Source: an uncultured Planctomycetales bacterium (GTDB taxonomy: Bacteria > Omnitrophota > Gorgyraeia > Zapsychrales > Fredricksoniimonadaceae). Taken from it: DNA of 64,000 nt. The stretch is taken from positions 846,290 to 910,289 of the forward strand of contig CAZNDZ010000001.1 in the NCBI GenBank assembly GCA_964572155.1. Reading direction: 5' to 3'. Made by a program: the position numbers and the translations under genes. Positions 29,332-40,245 of this stretch are shown piece by piece. Under the pieces are notes generated by a model. It searched no databases. It had not been told where the DNA came from and saw only the letters and a program-made list of their open reading frames with translations. The number at the start of each line of letters is the position of its first letter. Within the stretch, counting starts at the first letter, position 1.

Positions 29332-30483
29332 GTGAAAGGACGTTATTTATTTACTTCGGAATCTGTTGGTGCCGGACATCCTGACAAAGTTTGCGATAAT
29401 ATCTCAGATGGTGTTTTGGATACGGTTTTAAAGGATGATCCTAAAGGTCGCGTTGCTTGCGAAACATTTTGTACCGCAGGTTTGGTTATTGTCGGCGGGG
29501 AAATTACAACAACCACCTATGTTGATGTTCACAAGCTAGTACGCGAAGTCTTGCTTGATATTGGTTACAACCATCCTAAATATGGTTTTGATGCCAATAC
29601 CTGTTCTATTTTAAATGCGATCAACAAGCAATCTCCCGATATTTCCCAAGGTGTTGATAAGGGTGGGGCTGGGGATCAAGGTATCATGTTTGGTTATGCC
29701 GTTGATGAAACCAAAGAACTTATGCCATTGCCGATCATGTTAGCGCATCAATTGGTGGCTCGTGTGACCGAAGTGCGTGAAAAGAAAATCTTGCCATATT
29801 TAGGCCCAGATTGTAAATCACAAGTCACCATCGAATATGAAGACGATACACCACTTCGCGTCGATGCAGTTGTTTTAGCATGTCAACATACCGAAGAAAT
29901 CTTGGATAAAACAGGCAAGAAGATCACCGAAAAAGCCCGTCAAGATATTATCAAGCATATCGCTCATCCAATTGTTGGTAAATTGATGGATAAAAATACC
30001 AAGTTCTATGTTAATGAAACTGGTAAGTTCGTCGTCGGTGGACCACAATCAGATACAGGTGTTACAGGACGCAAGATCATCGTTGATACGTATGGCGGTG
30101 CGGTGCCTCATGGTGGTGGTGCTTTCTCTGGTAAAGATCCTACCAAGGTTGACCGTTCTGCTGCGTACATGGGCCGTTATGTAGCGAAGAATATCGTCGC
30201 TGCTGGGTTAGCTAAGAAGTGTTTATTGCAATTAGGTTATGCCATTGGCTTCCCACAACCAGTTTCCATCATGGTTGACACTTATGGTACCGGTAAAATC
30301 TCTGAACAACATTTGGTCGCTTTGGTGCGTAAGCATTTTGATTTGTCACCAAAGGGCATCATCGAAACATTAGATTTACGTAAACCTGTTTACCGCAAAA
30401 CAGCTGCCTATGGTCATTTTGGTCGCCCAGGTTTCACATGGGAAAAGACAGATAAGGCCGCGGCATTAAAGAAGGATGCATAA
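29332..30483 (+). CDS. metK: S-adenosylmethionine synthetase
   Basis: …[16 protein letters not shown]…, …[19 protein letters not shown]…; GTG start after AAAGGTGG. Confidence 0.92.
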   Translation: MKGRYLFTSESVGAGHPDKVCDNISDGVLDTVLKDDPKGRVACETFCTAGLVIVGGEITTTTYVDVHKLVREVLLDIGYNHPKYGFDANTCSILNAINKQSPDISQGVDKGGAGDQGIMFGYAVDETKELMPLPIMLAHQLVARVTEVREKKILPYLGPDCKSQVTIEYEDDTPLRVDAVVLACQHTEEILDKTGKKITEKARQDIIKHIAHPIVGKLMDKNTKFYVNETGKFVVGGPQSDTGVTGRKIIVDTYGGAVPHGGGAFSGKDPTKVDRSAAYMGRYVAKNIVAAGLAKKCLLQLGYAIGFPQPVSIMVDTYGTGKISEQHLVALVRKHFDLSPKGIIETLDLRKPVYRKTAAYGHFGRPGFTWEKTDKAAALKKDA

Positions 30484-30484
30484 T

Positions 30485-31837
30485 ATGGCAACAGCCACAA
30501 TGAAGGAGCCTAAAAAAGCTATGGCTAAACAAGCAAAAGAATTTAACGATTTCAAAGTCAAAGACATTGCGTTGGCCGCATGGGGTCGTAAAGAGATCAC
30601 CATCGCTGAAACGGAAATGCCTGGTTTAATGGCTTTGCGTAAAGAATATGGTTCCAAGCAACCACTTAAGGGTGCGCGTATCGCTGGATGTATTCACATG
30701 ACCATCGAAACAGCCGTCTTAATTGAAACCTTGGTTGAATTAGGTGCGCAAGTTCGCTGGTCATCGTGTAATATTTTCTCAACCCAAGATCATGCTGCCG
30801 CCGCGATTGCTGCTGCGGGTATTCCTGTGTTTGCATGGAAGGGTGAAACGTTAGAAGAATATGATTGGTGTGTTGAACAAACCATCATCTGGCCTGACGG
30901 TAAAGGCCCTAATATGCTTTTAGATGACGGCGGGGATTTAACCATCATGTTGCATGGTAAATTTTCTAAGCTTCTTAAAGATGTTAAAGGTTTGTCCGAA
31001 GAAACAACGACGGGCGTACACCGTTTATATGAAATGGTGCAAAAAGGCACATTGAAAATGCCTGCCATCAACGTTAATGATTCTGTGACAAAATCAAAGT
31101 TCGATAATTTGTACGGTTGCCGTGAATCTTTGATCGACGGTATCAAACGCGCTACCGATCGCATGATCGCTGGAAAAGTTTGCGTCGTTGCTGGTTACGG
31201 TGATGTTGGTAAAGGTTGCGCCCAATCTTTCAAAGGTTTAGGCGGACGTATCATCATCACAGAAATCGATCCTATCTGTGCGCTTCAAGCATCCATGGAA
31301 GGTTATCAAGTTATGCCTATGGAAGAAGCTGCAAAGATTGGCGATATCTTTGTTACAGCGACGGGATGTATTGATATCATTACGGGTAAACATATGGATG
31401 CCATGAAGAGCGGCGCCATTGTCTGTAACATTGGTCACTTTGATTCTGAAATTGAAGTGGCATATTTGAATAATCGTAAGGACATCAAGAAAATTCAAAT
31501 CAAACCACAAGTCGATGAATATGTTTATCCAAATGGCAAGAAGATCATCATTTTAGCCGAAGGCCGTTTGGTGAATTTGGGTTGCGCGATGGGACATCCA
31601 TCATTTGTTATGAGCACCTCATTTACCAATCAAGTCTTAGCTCAAATTGAATTATGGCAAAATAGCCATAAATATGAAAATAAAGTGTATACATTACCAA
31701 AACACTTAGACGAAAAAGTTGCGCGCCTACATTTAGCTAAAGTTGGTGCCCGTATTGATACCTTAAGTGCTGCCCAAGCAAAATACTTAGGGTTAAAGGT
31801 TGAAGGTCCATTCAAACCAGATCATTATCGATATTAA
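30485..31837 (+). CDS. ahcY: adenosylhomocysteinase
   Basis: …[16 protein letters not shown]…, NAD-binding …[13 protein letters not shown]…; ATG 30485 two nt after metK stop. Confidence 0.92.
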   Translation: MATATMKEPKKAMAKQAKEFNDFKVKDIALAAWGRKEITIAETEMPGLMALRKEYGSKQPLKGARIAGCIHMTIETAVLIETLVELGAQVRWSSCNIFSTQDHAAAAIAAAGIPVFAWKGETLEEYDWCVEQTIIWPDGKGPNMLLDDGGDLTIMLHGKFSKLLKDVKGLSEETTTGVHRLYEMVQKGTLKMPAINVNDSVTKSKFDNLYGCRESLIDGIKRATDRMIAGKVCVVAGYGDVGKGCAQSFKGLGGRIIITEIDPICALQASMEGYQVMPMEEAAKIGDIFVTATGCIDIITGKHMDAMKSGAIVCNIGHFDSEIEVAYLNNRKDIKKIQIKPQVDEYVYPNGKKIIILAEGRLVNLGCAMGHPSFVMSTSFTNQVLAQIELWQNSHKYENKVYTLPKHLDEKVARLHLAKVGARIDTLSAAQAKYLGLKVEGPFKPDHYRY

Positions 31838-31848
31838 AGAGTGATACT

Positions 31849-32820
31849 ATGTCCGAAAAAATAAAGAAAATTGGTGTTTTAACCTCAGGTGGTGACGGCC
31901 CAGGCATGAATGCAGCGATCCGTGCGATTGTACGCTATTCATTGCATTACGGCATTGAAGTAGCAGGGATCATGCGGGGTTACCAAGGACTTTTAGAAGA
32001 GGACATAATTCCACTTAATCATCGCTCAGTTTCTAATATCATTAATCGTGGTGGTACCATCTTGAAGACTGCCCGTTCGAAAGAATTCTCGACGGATGAA
32101 GGTAAGCAAAAAGCCATCGCCAATGCCCGTAAGCATAATATTGATGGCTTAGTGGTTATCGGAGGGGATGGTTCTTATCAAGGGGCAAAACGTTTCTACG
32201 AATTAAGCGGGATCCCAACCATTGGTTTGCCAGGCACCATTGACAATGATTTACATGGTACTGATCAAACCATTGGTTGTGCGACCGCCATCAATACTGC
32301 GCTTGAATCCATCGATAAAATCCGCGACACCGCCCAAAGCATGGAGCGTGTTTTTGTCGTCGAGGTTATGGGAAATAAATCCGGTTATATTGCCATGCAA
32401 GTGGCCTTAGCCGCAGGCGCGGAAGATGTAATTATCCCTGAACGTAAATTTGATTATGAAGGCATGAATCAAGAAATTTTGACAGCTAGCAAAAGAGGTA
32501 AAATAAGTTATATCGTGTTAGTTGCTGAAGGGGCCGCCATGGCCTCTGTGGTTGCAGAAAGCATCACGCGTGCGACTGGCTTGGAATCTCGATATGTTGT
32601 TTTAGGTCACGTCCAACGCGGTGGAACCCCTAGCGGTCCTGACCGCATCTTATCCACACGTTTAGGCGCCGCTGCCGTTGACTTATTAATCAATGGTGTC
32701 TATGGCAAAGCCGTTGGTGTCTTGGAAGATGAAATCAACGTCATCGACCTAAAAGACGCCACCCGTCGCGCACATACGGACATGGACGAGCTCTACCAAT
32801 TGCTCAAAATTCTTACCTAA
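31849..32820 (+). CDS. pfkA: ATP-dependent 6-phosphofructokinase
   Basis: …IGVLTSGGDGPGMNAAIRAIV…, …VVIGGDGSYQGA…, …GLPGTIDNDL…. Confidence 0.88.
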   Translation: MSEKIKKIGVLTSGGDGPGMNAAIRAIVRYSLHYGIEVAGIMRGYQGLLEEDIIPLNHRSVSNIINRGGTILKTARSKEFSTDEGKQKAIANARKHNIDGLVVIGGDGSYQGAKRFYELSGIPTIGLPGTIDNDLHGTDQTIGCATAINTALESIDKIRDTAQSMERVFVVEVMGNKSGYIAMQVALAAGAEDVIIPERKFDYEGMNQEILTASKRGKISYIVLVAEGAAMASVVAESITRATGLESRYVVLGHVQRGGTPSGPDRILSTRLGAAAVDLLINGVYGKAVGVLEDEINVIDLKDATRRAHTDMDELYQLLKILT

Positions 32821-32916
32821 AGTTAAGTTTTAAGGTTGCATTTTGCGACCATAAAGCATTGTTCATAAGCGGTTAATAAATTGGTAAACCTATACTCTAT
32901 AGGGTACACTATATTT

Positions 32917-34902
32917 ATGACGCCACATCGATGGTTTGCCAACATAATGCTTGTGGTATTTTTTCAGGCGATGGTTTTGCCTGTGCCTTTGACACATGCC
33001 CAAGAAGTCGTATTACCTGCCCCTGGTGTGATGGTTGATTTAAGCCCTAGTTTCGTTCCGCCACATTTAGCAGGAATTACCGTTTACCCTAATAGTCCGC
33101 TTAAATTTGATTTCATCATTCAACGTGGTGACACGCCATTATCTGACGAAGAAAAACAAGCAGAATACAAAAAGCTTATCAAATATTTCTTAGCATCGTT
33201 GGCTGTCCCTGATGATAATCAATGGGTTAACTTATCCCCATATGAAAAAGACCGCATTGTTGGTCCTGATTTTGCCAATACAAAAATGGGTAGAGATTTG
33301 CTGGCCCAAGACTACATTCTAAAACAAATAACTTCATCGCTCATTTACCCTGAGAAAGATTTAGGTAAAGGTTTTTGGGATAAGGTATATGCGCAAGCCT
33401 ATAAACAATTTGGTAACACCAACATTCCCGTTAACACTTTTAATAAAGTATGGATTGTCCCAGACAGTGCCGTCATTTTTGAAAAAGGCAATAGTGCCTA
33501 CGTTCTTAAGAATCATTTAAAAGTGATGCTTGAACAAGACTATGTCGCCACCGAACAAAATGCGGTGAGCGCGAATGGCAATAAAGTTGTGACCTTAAAT
33601 GCGTCGACGTCCAACGTCATGCGCGATGTCATCATTCCCGTCTTAGAAAAAGAAGTTAATGAAGGTAAAAATTTTGCGAATTTACGACAAGTTTATAGCG
33701 GGATGTTGCTTGCCGCATGGTATAAGCGGGTACTTAAAGAATCATTCTTAGCAAAAGTGTACGCGGATAAATCAAAATTAAAAGGTATCGATCAAGACCC
33801 TAAAGCAAATCAGGAAATTTATGCACGATATCTTCAAGCGACCAAAAAAGGTGTGTATAACTTTATTAAAGAAGATGTAGATAAGTATACCCAACAAATT
33901 ATTCCAAGAAAGTATTTCTCCGGTGGGGCTGAAGGGTATAAGGATTTTGGAAAGGTGCAGCGGATTAATGACCGAGCTCAAGCCTCTGCTAATCCTTCCT
34001 ATAGACAAATACTAGAGGGCGTTAATGTTGATAATGTAGACATATTATTTGATGATATGTCTCTGCCTGTAGATAATCGATCTGCAAATGTTGTGGATGT
34101 TTTTTCAGGTAATGTCAGTACTTCTGTTAGAGGTGTAGATTTCCCTTTAAAAGTGGTTCCTGAATCTACTGAGCACATAGACATTTTTAGTGGTGCTGTT
34201 GAAAAATCGGTTGGACATGTACAAATTCCTTCGAATGTAATCCAAGACAAAGAACAACAGGATGCACGTTTAGCTAGGGAAATAAGAATGGATCCTTATT
34301 TTTCTGATTTGGATGATATGGGTAAGAATATGGGAATAAATATGCGACGTTTGTACAAATACGACGGGACAACAAATAAAAACACTGTTGATGAAATGAT
34401 AGAAATCTTAGAACGTATTGTAGACGAAGTAGAATTTAAAGGGAGTAAAGATCAAATTGAAATATACCAAGAAGTTGATGAGTTAAGTTCTAAATTTGGA
34501 GAAGGTCGACAACAGAAGTATTTAGGTCTTAAGTTTAAGAAGTTTAGTGTGCATTTTAATACTGAAGCAAATTTAAAAGCATTAGGCGAAAAGACTAAGC
34601 TAATGTTACAAAAGATTATTATGGAGAGAGCAAAATCAAGGCTTGATTATGCGATGATTGGTATACAGGGTGCTACAACTCAAGCAGCTAATAACGTTGA
34701 TGCAGACCAAGCCGCTAATCCCGTGGGTGGTATTGACCTTAATGCTTCTAAATTGAACATGCAAATTAAGCGGGATGGGAATGGGGTTGTTTTGCCTTTG
34801 GCTCAGCAGAATTGGGAAGGTATTGTTATTAATGGTTTGACGCCTGTGATCCTTGAAATTAAACCTGCGGTTGGTTTATCCATTCTAGATATACAAAATT
34901 AA
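32917..34902 (+). CDS. secreted protein, family paralog 3 (about 660 aa): signal peptide, conserved N-module, short divergent middle, conserved C-tail (subtype …IKRDGNGVVLPL…)
   Basis: Signal peptide MTPHRWFANIMLVVFFQAMVLPVPLTHAQ; N-module …WVNLSPYEKDRIV…MGRDLLAQDYILKQITSSLIYPE…NTFNKVWIVPD…RKYFSGG; tail …GGIDLNASKLNMQ…PVILEIKP…; start moved to ATG 32917. Confidence 0.75.
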   Translation: MTPHRWFANIMLVVFFQAMVLPVPLTHAQEVVLPAPGVMVDLSPSFVPPHLAGITVYPNSPLKFDFIIQRGDTPLSDEEKQAEYKKLIKYFLASLAVPDDNQWVNLSPYEKDRIVGPDFANTKMGRDLLAQDYILKQITSSLIYPEKDLGKGFWDKVYAQAYKQFGNTNIPVNTFNKVWIVPDSAVIFEKGNSAYVLKNHLKVMLEQDYVATEQNAVSANGNKVVTLNASTSNVMRDVIIPVLEKEVNEGKNFANLRQVYSGMLLAAWYKRVLKESFLAKVYADKSKLKGIDQDPKANQEIYARYLQATKKGVYNFIKEDVDKYTQQIIPRKYFSGGAEGYKDFGKVQRINDRAQASANPSYRQILEGVNVDNVDILFDDMSLPVDNRSANVVDVFSGNVSTSVRGVDFPLKVVPESTEHIDIFSGAVEKSVGHVQIPSNVIQDKEQQDARLAREIRMDPYFSDLDDMGKNMGINMRRLYKYDGTTNKNTVDEMIEILERIVDEVEFKGSKDQIEIYQEVDELSSKFGEGRQQKYLGLKFKKFSVHFNTEANLKALGEKTKLMLQKIIMERAKSRLDYAMIGIQGATTQAANNVDADQAANPVGGIDLNASKLNMQIKRDGNGVVLPLAQQNWEGIVINGLTPVILEIKPAVGLSILDIQN

Positions 34903-35191
34903 TTCATTGCAAAAAAAACTGGTGACAGCGCCCAATTAAATAAAGTACCAGGTGGTGTTGATCCTGCGATTATTTCTTGCAGGAGGGGAAAGTATATAAT
35001 TATTTTTTACAGCAAGGAATCTTCGTTTTCTAGAAAATTTTGAGGTTACGAAGATTTCTTGAAATAAGATGATATTTCAGGTAATGTTGTTTTAAGTAGT
35101 ATGTAGCATTAAATAAGAAGCCAATCTGCCGTAGTATACCTGCCGCTTCGATTCAACAATCCCTATTGGTAATGATTATTTGAGGAGGAGT

Positions 35192-36214
35192 ATGACTAAG
35201 AAATTAGGAGTTCTTTCTGATATCCGTTTGCTTATTGAGTCAGCTAGGGCCAGGGTTGCTACAAACGTGAACGCTGAATTAACAATGCTTTATTGGAAGG
35301 TTGGAGAGCGTGTACGGCGAGAAATACTCCAAGATAAGCGTGCGGAATATGGACGGGAAACTATCGTGACGTTGTCGCAACAATTAGTTATGGATTATGG
35401 CAGTAGCTTTTCTAATAAGAATCTTCGTCGTATGATTCAGTTTGCTGAAGTATTCTGTGATGAAAAGATTGTCGTATCGCTAATACGACAATTGACTTGG
35501 ACGCATTTTATTGCTTTGATTCCATTAAAAGACAAATTACAACGGGAGTTTTATAGTGAAATGTGCCGTATGGAGCGATGGAGTGTGAGTACGTTACGAA
35601 AGAAAATAGAAGGAATGTTGTATGAACGTACGGCGCTTTCTAAGAAATCAGATTCACTTATACAAATGGAACTAAAACAATTACGTAAGGAAGATAAATT
35701 AACGCCTGACTTGGTTTTTCGTGATCCATATTTTTTAGATTTCTTAAGCTTAAAAGGGGTTTATCAAGAAAAGGATCTTGAAGAAGCTATATTACGTGAT
35801 TTGGAAGCATTTATCTTAGAACTTGGGGTTGGATTTTCATTTGTTGAACGTCAGAAGCGTTTGGTTATTGATGGGGATGATTTTTATTTAGATTTATTAT
35901 TTTATCATCGCACATTGAAACGCCTTGTTGTCATTGAGCTGAAGTTGGAGAGATTCAAACCAGAACATAAGGGGCAAATGGAATTATATTTGCGTTGGCT
36001 TGATAAATATGAACGTAAGATTGGTGAAGAACGTCCGATTGGGCTTATTTTGTGTGCAGGAAAATCAGATGAAACAATAGAACTTTTGGAGCTTGGTAAA
36101 AGTGGCATTCGCGTGTCAGAGTACATCACAGATTTATTGCCAAAGAAGACTTTGGAAAAGAAATTTCATGAAGCAATAAGATTAGCACGTTTAAAGCTTG
36201 AGAATAAGGAATAG
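35192..36214 (+). CDS. DUF1016/YhcG-family PD-(D/E)XK nuclease-fold protein
   Basis: …TWTHFIALIP…DPYFLDFL…GVGFSFVERQKRLVIDGDDFYLDLLFYHRTLKRLVVIELKLERFKPEHKGQMELYLRWLD…; GAGGAGGAG RBS before ATG 35192. Confidence 0.7.
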   Translation: MTKKLGVLSDIRLLIESARARVATNVNAELTMLYWKVGERVRREILQDKRAEYGRETIVTLSQQLVMDYGSSFSNKNLRRMIQFAEVFCDEKIVVSLIRQLTWTHFIALIPLKDKLQREFYSEMCRMERWSVSTLRKKIEGMLYERTALSKKSDSLIQMELKQLRKEDKLTPDLVFRDPYFLDFLSLKGVYQEKDLEEAILRDLEAFILELGVGFSFVERQKRLVIDGDDFYLDLLFYHRTLKRLVVIELKLERFKPEHKGQMELYLRWLDKYERKIGEERPIGLILCAGKSDETIELLELGKSGIRVSEYITDLLPKKTLEKKFHEAIRLARLKLENKE

Positions 36215-36221
36215 TAAATCA

Positions 36222-36257
36222 AGCAGGAAATCTTGCTAGACATTTTTGATTTTTTTG
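36222..36257 (+). terminator. putative rho-independent terminator after DUF1016 gene
   Basis: agcagg-aaat-cttgct stem-loop (one G-T pair) followed by ttttt…ttttttt. Confidence 0.4.
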
Positions 36258-36300
36258 ATATTATTACATCTTCATTTTAATCAATGTTAGGAGGCTTCAC

Positions 36301-37620
36301 ATGTCTCAAATGGTGACGGATATTGATCAAACAGTAAAGCAATTAGTTTTAACCGATAATATTAAAGAGAAGGAAACATTAGCGAAGGCGATTGCTGCTG
36401 AAGCTAAGGCTAAGGGTATTTATTTAGCATCCATCCACGACGTATATATGGCCCGCGGCAAAGGCCAAGGTAAAAACTTTACCGTACCTGCCATGAATTT
36501 AAGATCATTGACCTATTACTTGGCTAAGGCGATTTTTCGTGTTGCTAAACGTCAAAAGGCTGGGGCTTTCATTTTCGAAATTGCCAAGTCTGAAATGGGT
36601 TATACGGGCCAACCACCAATCGAATATGTTGGTGTTATCTTAGGCGCGGCGATCAAAGAAGGTTATGCTGGTCCTGTGTTCATCCAAGGCGATCATTGCC
36701 AAATCAAGGTGAGCGAATTTAAGAAAGATAAGAAGAAGGAAGTTTCTGCGTTAAAAGACATGATCGCAGATTGTATCGCGGCAGGCTTCTATAATATAGA
36801 CGTTGATTCTTCAACAACCGTTGATTTAAGTAAACCAACCTTAACCGAACAACAACGCGATAACTTTGAAGTTGGCGCGGATATTTCGGCATTCATTCGT
36901 AAGATCCAACCAAAGGGCATTCAAGTTTCTATCGGTGGTGAAATAGGCGAAGTTGGCCACAAGAACAGCACCGTTGAAGAATTGGTTGCCTTCGTCGATG
37001 GGTATAATCAAGCCTTGCCAAAGGGCTTGGTTGGTTTAAGTAAAATTTCCGTTCAAACAGGCACATCCCACGGCGGCGTTGTTTTACCCGACGGCACCAT
37101 GGCCAATGTCAGTGTTGATTTTGATACTTTAAAAGCGTTATCCAATGCTGCAGCTAAGAAATATGGCATGGGTGGGGCAGTACAACATGGGGCTTCCACA
37201 TTACCAGATAATGCATTTGGTAAATTCCCAGATGTTGATACCATCGAAATCCATTTAGCGACCAATTTCCAAAATAAGACCTTAGACAGCAAATTGTTCC
37301 CGAAAGATTTGTACGCTAAGATGGTCGAATGGACCAAGGCTAATTGCTTGAGCGAACGCAAAGCCACTGACACTGACGAGCAATATGTGTATAAAGCTCG
37401 TAAGCGTGCTTTAGGTCAATTTAAAAAAGAAATCATGAACTTGCCAGAATCTGTCAAAGATGGCATTTCTGCAGAATTAGAACAAAACTTTGAATTTTTA
37501 TTCAAGCAACTCAACGTCAATGACACCAAGGATTTTGTGACATCGATTGTAAAGCCTGTTGATGTGACCATTGGTTTGCGTGAAACACAAGCTCATTTAG
37601 ACGGTGAAGGCGACGATTAA
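36301..37620 (+). CDS. class II ketose-bisphosphate aldolase family protein (fructose-bisphosphate aldolase-like, long form)
   Basis: …NFTVPAMN…, …VFIQGDHC… parallel E. coli FbaA …ALPAVN…/…HTDHC…; length and insertions differ. Confidence 0.6.
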   Translation: MSQMVTDIDQTVKQLVLTDNIKEKETLAKAIAAEAKAKGIYLASIHDVYMARGKGQGKNFTVPAMNLRSLTYYLAKAIFRVAKRQKAGAFIFEIAKSEMGYTGQPPIEYVGVILGAAIKEGYAGPVFIQGDHCQIKVSEFKKDKKKEVSALKDMIADCIAAGFYNIDVDSSTTVDLSKPTLTEQQRDNFEVGADISAFIRKIQPKGIQVSIGGEIGEVGHKNSTVEELVAFVDGYNQALPKGLVGLSKISVQTGTSHGGVVLPDGTMANVSVDFDTLKALSNAAAKKYGMGGAVQHGASTLPDNAFGKFPDVDTIEIHLATNFQNKTLDSKLFPKDLYAKMVEWTKANCLSERKATDTDEQYVYKARKRALGQFKKEIMNLPESVKDGISAELEQNFEFLFKQLNVNDTKDFVTSIVKPVDVTIGLRETQAHLDGEGDD

Positions 37621-37637
37621 TATAAAGGAAAATTAAA

Positions 37638-38630
37638 ATGGCAAAAGTCTACTACGATAAAGATTGTAATATCAACGATATTAAAAATAAAGTGATCGCG
37701 GTTGTTGGCTACGGTATCCAAGGTCGCGGTCAAGCGCTTAATTTGCGTGATAGTGGTTTGAAGGTTATTATTGCTCAGCGTCCAGGTGGTCCTAATTATG
37801 AGATCGCTAAAAAAGATGGTTTCAAGCCCATGTCCGTCGAAGAAGCGACCAAGCAAGCGGATGTGATGATCATTTTGACCCAAGATCATTTGCAAGCTGA
37901 AATTTACAAGAAGTCAATCGCTCCATATTTGACCAAGGGCAAAGCATTAGCCTTTTCTCATGGGTTTAATATTCATTTTAAATTCATCGTCCCACCTAAA
38001 GATGTGGACGTTTTTATGATTGCGCCTAAGGGCCCAGGTGCCTTGGTGCGTCGTCAATATGAAGAAGGCAAAGGCGTTCCTTGCTTAGTTGCTGTTCATC
38101 AAAATGCAACCGGCAAAGCCTTAAAGATTGCTTTAGCTTATGCCAAGGGTGTTGGTGGTTCTCGTGCAGGGATTATCCAAACCACATTTAAAGAAGAAAC
38201 AGAAACCGATTTGTTCGGTGAACAAGCTGTTTTGTGTGGTGGGGCAAGTGAATTGGTCAAGGCTGGTTTTGAAACCTTGGTTAAAGCCGGTTACCAACCA
38301 GAAATTGCATACTTTGAATGTATGCATGAATTGAAATTAATCGTCGATTTAATGTATGAAGAAGGTATTCAAGGCATGCGTCGACGCGTTTCTGATACGG
38401 CCGAATATGGCGATATGACTCGTGGTCCACGTGTTGTTAATGCACGCACCCGTGCAGAAATGCAAAAGATCTTAAAAGAAATCCAAACCGGCAAGTTTGC
38501 TCGTGAATGGATGGCTGCGAATGAAAATGGCCGTAAGGGCTTTCTTAAGATGCGCAAAGCAGGCGATTCCCACCTTATTGAAAAAGTGGGCGCTCGACTA
38601 CGTGCGATGATGAGTTGGATGAGAAAGTAA
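37638..38630 (+). CDS. ilvC: ketol-acid reductoisomerase
   Basis: …[22 protein letters not shown]…, …FSHGFNIHF…, …EQAVLCGG…. Confidence 0.92.
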   Translation: MAKVYYDKDCNINDIKNKVIAVVGYGIQGRGQALNLRDSGLKVIIAQRPGGPNYEIAKKDGFKPMSVEEATKQADVMIILTQDHLQAEIYKKSIAPYLTKGKALAFSHGFNIHFKFIVPPKDVDVFMIAPKGPGALVRRQYEEGKGVPCLVAVHQNATGKALKIALAYAKGVGGSRAGIIQTTFKEETETDLFGEQAVLCGGASELVKAGFETLVKAGYQPEIAYFECMHELKLIVDLMYEEGIQGMRRRVSDTAEYGDMTRGPRVVNARTRAEMQKILKEIQTGKFAREWMAANENGRKGFLKMRKAGDSHLIEKVGARLRAMMSWMRK

Positions 38631-38670
38631 AAACTATTTAAGCCAAAAGAAACGCATTCGTATATAATTT

Positions 38671-38705
38671 AAGGGCGGCTTCGATAGCCGCCCTTAGTAT
38701 TTTTA
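38671..38705 (+). terminator. rho-independent terminator after ilvC
   Basis: Perfect 10-bp stem aagggcggct/agccgccctt, 5-nt loop, then tatttttagg. Confidence 0.6.
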
Positions 38706-38715
38706 GGAGCTTTAT

Positions 38716-40245
38716 ATGAAAAACGACAAAGTATATATTTTTGATACCACCTTGCGCGATGGTGAACAAGCGCCAGGCGCCACCATGACCCAGAAGGAGA
38801 AGTTGGAAATTGCCTTTGGTTTGGAGCGTTTGGGTGTTGATATCATTGAAGCAGGATTCCCGATTTCCTCAAAAGGGGATTTTGATTCTGTTTTGGAAGT
38901 TGCAAAGCATATCAAGAAATCCTATGTTTGCGGCTTGGCAAGATCTATAACCAAGGATATCGATGCGGTCATCGATGCGGTAAAACCTGCCAAACATAAA
39001 CGCATCCATATTTTCTTGGCAACATCCAAGATCCATTTGGAACACAAATTCAAGAAAAGCCAAGACCAGATTTTAGACATGGCCATCGCGGCCGTGCGTT
39101 ATGCTAGAAAACGCATGGATAATATTGAATTCTCGCCGGAAGATGCCTCAAGAACCGAGAAGGAATTTTTATACCGCGTCTTGGAAGCTGTTATCAAAGA
39201 GGGTGCAACCACCGTCAATATCCCAGATACCGTTGGATATTCAACGCCTGCGGAATATGGTGCGGTGATCAAAGGCATTTGCGATAATGTGCCAAACATC
39301 AATAAAGCGATCATCTCAACCCATTGCCATGATGATTTAGGTTTAGGGGTGGCAAATTCTTTGGCAGGGGTCTTAAATGGCGCTCGTCAAATTGAATGTA
39401 CTATTAATGGCATTGGGGAGCGTGCAGGCAATGCGTCCATGGAAGAAATTGTCATGGCCATTAAAACCCGCGCGGATTATTTTAAATTAAACACACAAAT
39501 TAAGACGGAAGAATTCTACCGCATGTCACGCATGGTCAGCAAAGCAACAGGCTTCTTAGTACCACCCAATAAAGCCATCGTTGGATCAAACGCTTTCCGT
39601 CACGAGTCAGGCATTCATCAAGACGGCATGTTAAAAGAACGCCGCACCTATGAAATCATGAACCCAGAAGATGTGGGTGTTCCCAAACATGAAGGTTTAG
39701 TGTTGGGTAAACATTCTGGCCGTCACGCGTTTTCCGACCGCTTAAAGCGTTTGGGTTTTAAATTAAACGAAAGCGGCATCGATGCGGCTTTTGTACAATT
39801 CAAAGACTTGGCTGATAAGAAGAAAGAAATTTACGACGAGGATTTGATTGCGATCGTTGAAGATAATGTCACCCAAAATAAAGAAACCATCCGTTTAAAA
39901 AATTTGGTTTACACCAGCGGCAGTCATGTGAAGCCAAGTGTTACGGTGACCTTGGATATTAAAGGAAAAACCGTTGTCAAAGAATCAACAGGTGATGGTC
40001 CGGTTGATGCATGTTATAAAGCCATTGCAACAGCCACCAAGATCAAGGCTTCTTTGTTGGATTACAGCATCCAGTCTGTGAGCCAAGGGGATGATGCCCA
40101 AGGAGAAGTTAGGGTTAAAATCAGCGTCGATGAAAAGACGGTGTTAGGGCGCGGGGCGAGCACAGACATCATTGAAGCCTCAGCCAAGGCCTATATTTAT
40201 GCGATCAATAAAGCCTTGATGAATAAAGAGCGGATGAAGAAATAA
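38716..40245 (+). CDS. leuA: 2-isopropylmalate synthase
   Basis: …IFDTTLRDGEQAPGA…, …HCHDDLGLGVANSLAGVLNGARQIECTINGIGERAGNASMEE…; C-terminal regulatory domain present (509 aa). Confidence 0.85.
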   Translation: MKNDKVYIFDTTLRDGEQAPGATMTQKEKLEIAFGLERLGVDIIEAGFPISSKGDFDSVLEVAKHIKKSYVCGLARSITKDIDAVIDAVKPAKHKRIHIFLATSKIHLEHKFKKSQDQILDMAIAAVRYARKRMDNIEFSPEDASRTEKEFLYRVLEAVIKEGATTVNIPDTVGYSTPAEYGAVIKGICDNVPNINKAIISTHCHDDLGLGVANSLAGVLNGARQIECTINGIGERAGNASMEEIVMAIKTRADYFKLNTQIKTEEFYRMSRMVSKATGFLVPPNKAIVGSNAFRHESGIHQDGMLKERRTYEIMNPEDVGVPKHEGLVLGKHSGRHAFSDRLKRLGFKLNESGIDAAFVQFKDLADKKKEIYDEDLIAIVEDNVTQNKETIRLKNLVYTSGSHVKPSVTVTLDIKGKTVVKESTGDGPVDACYKAIATATKIKASLLDYSIQSVSQGDDAQGEVRVKISVDEKTVLGRGASTDIIEASAKAYIYAINKALMNKERMKK

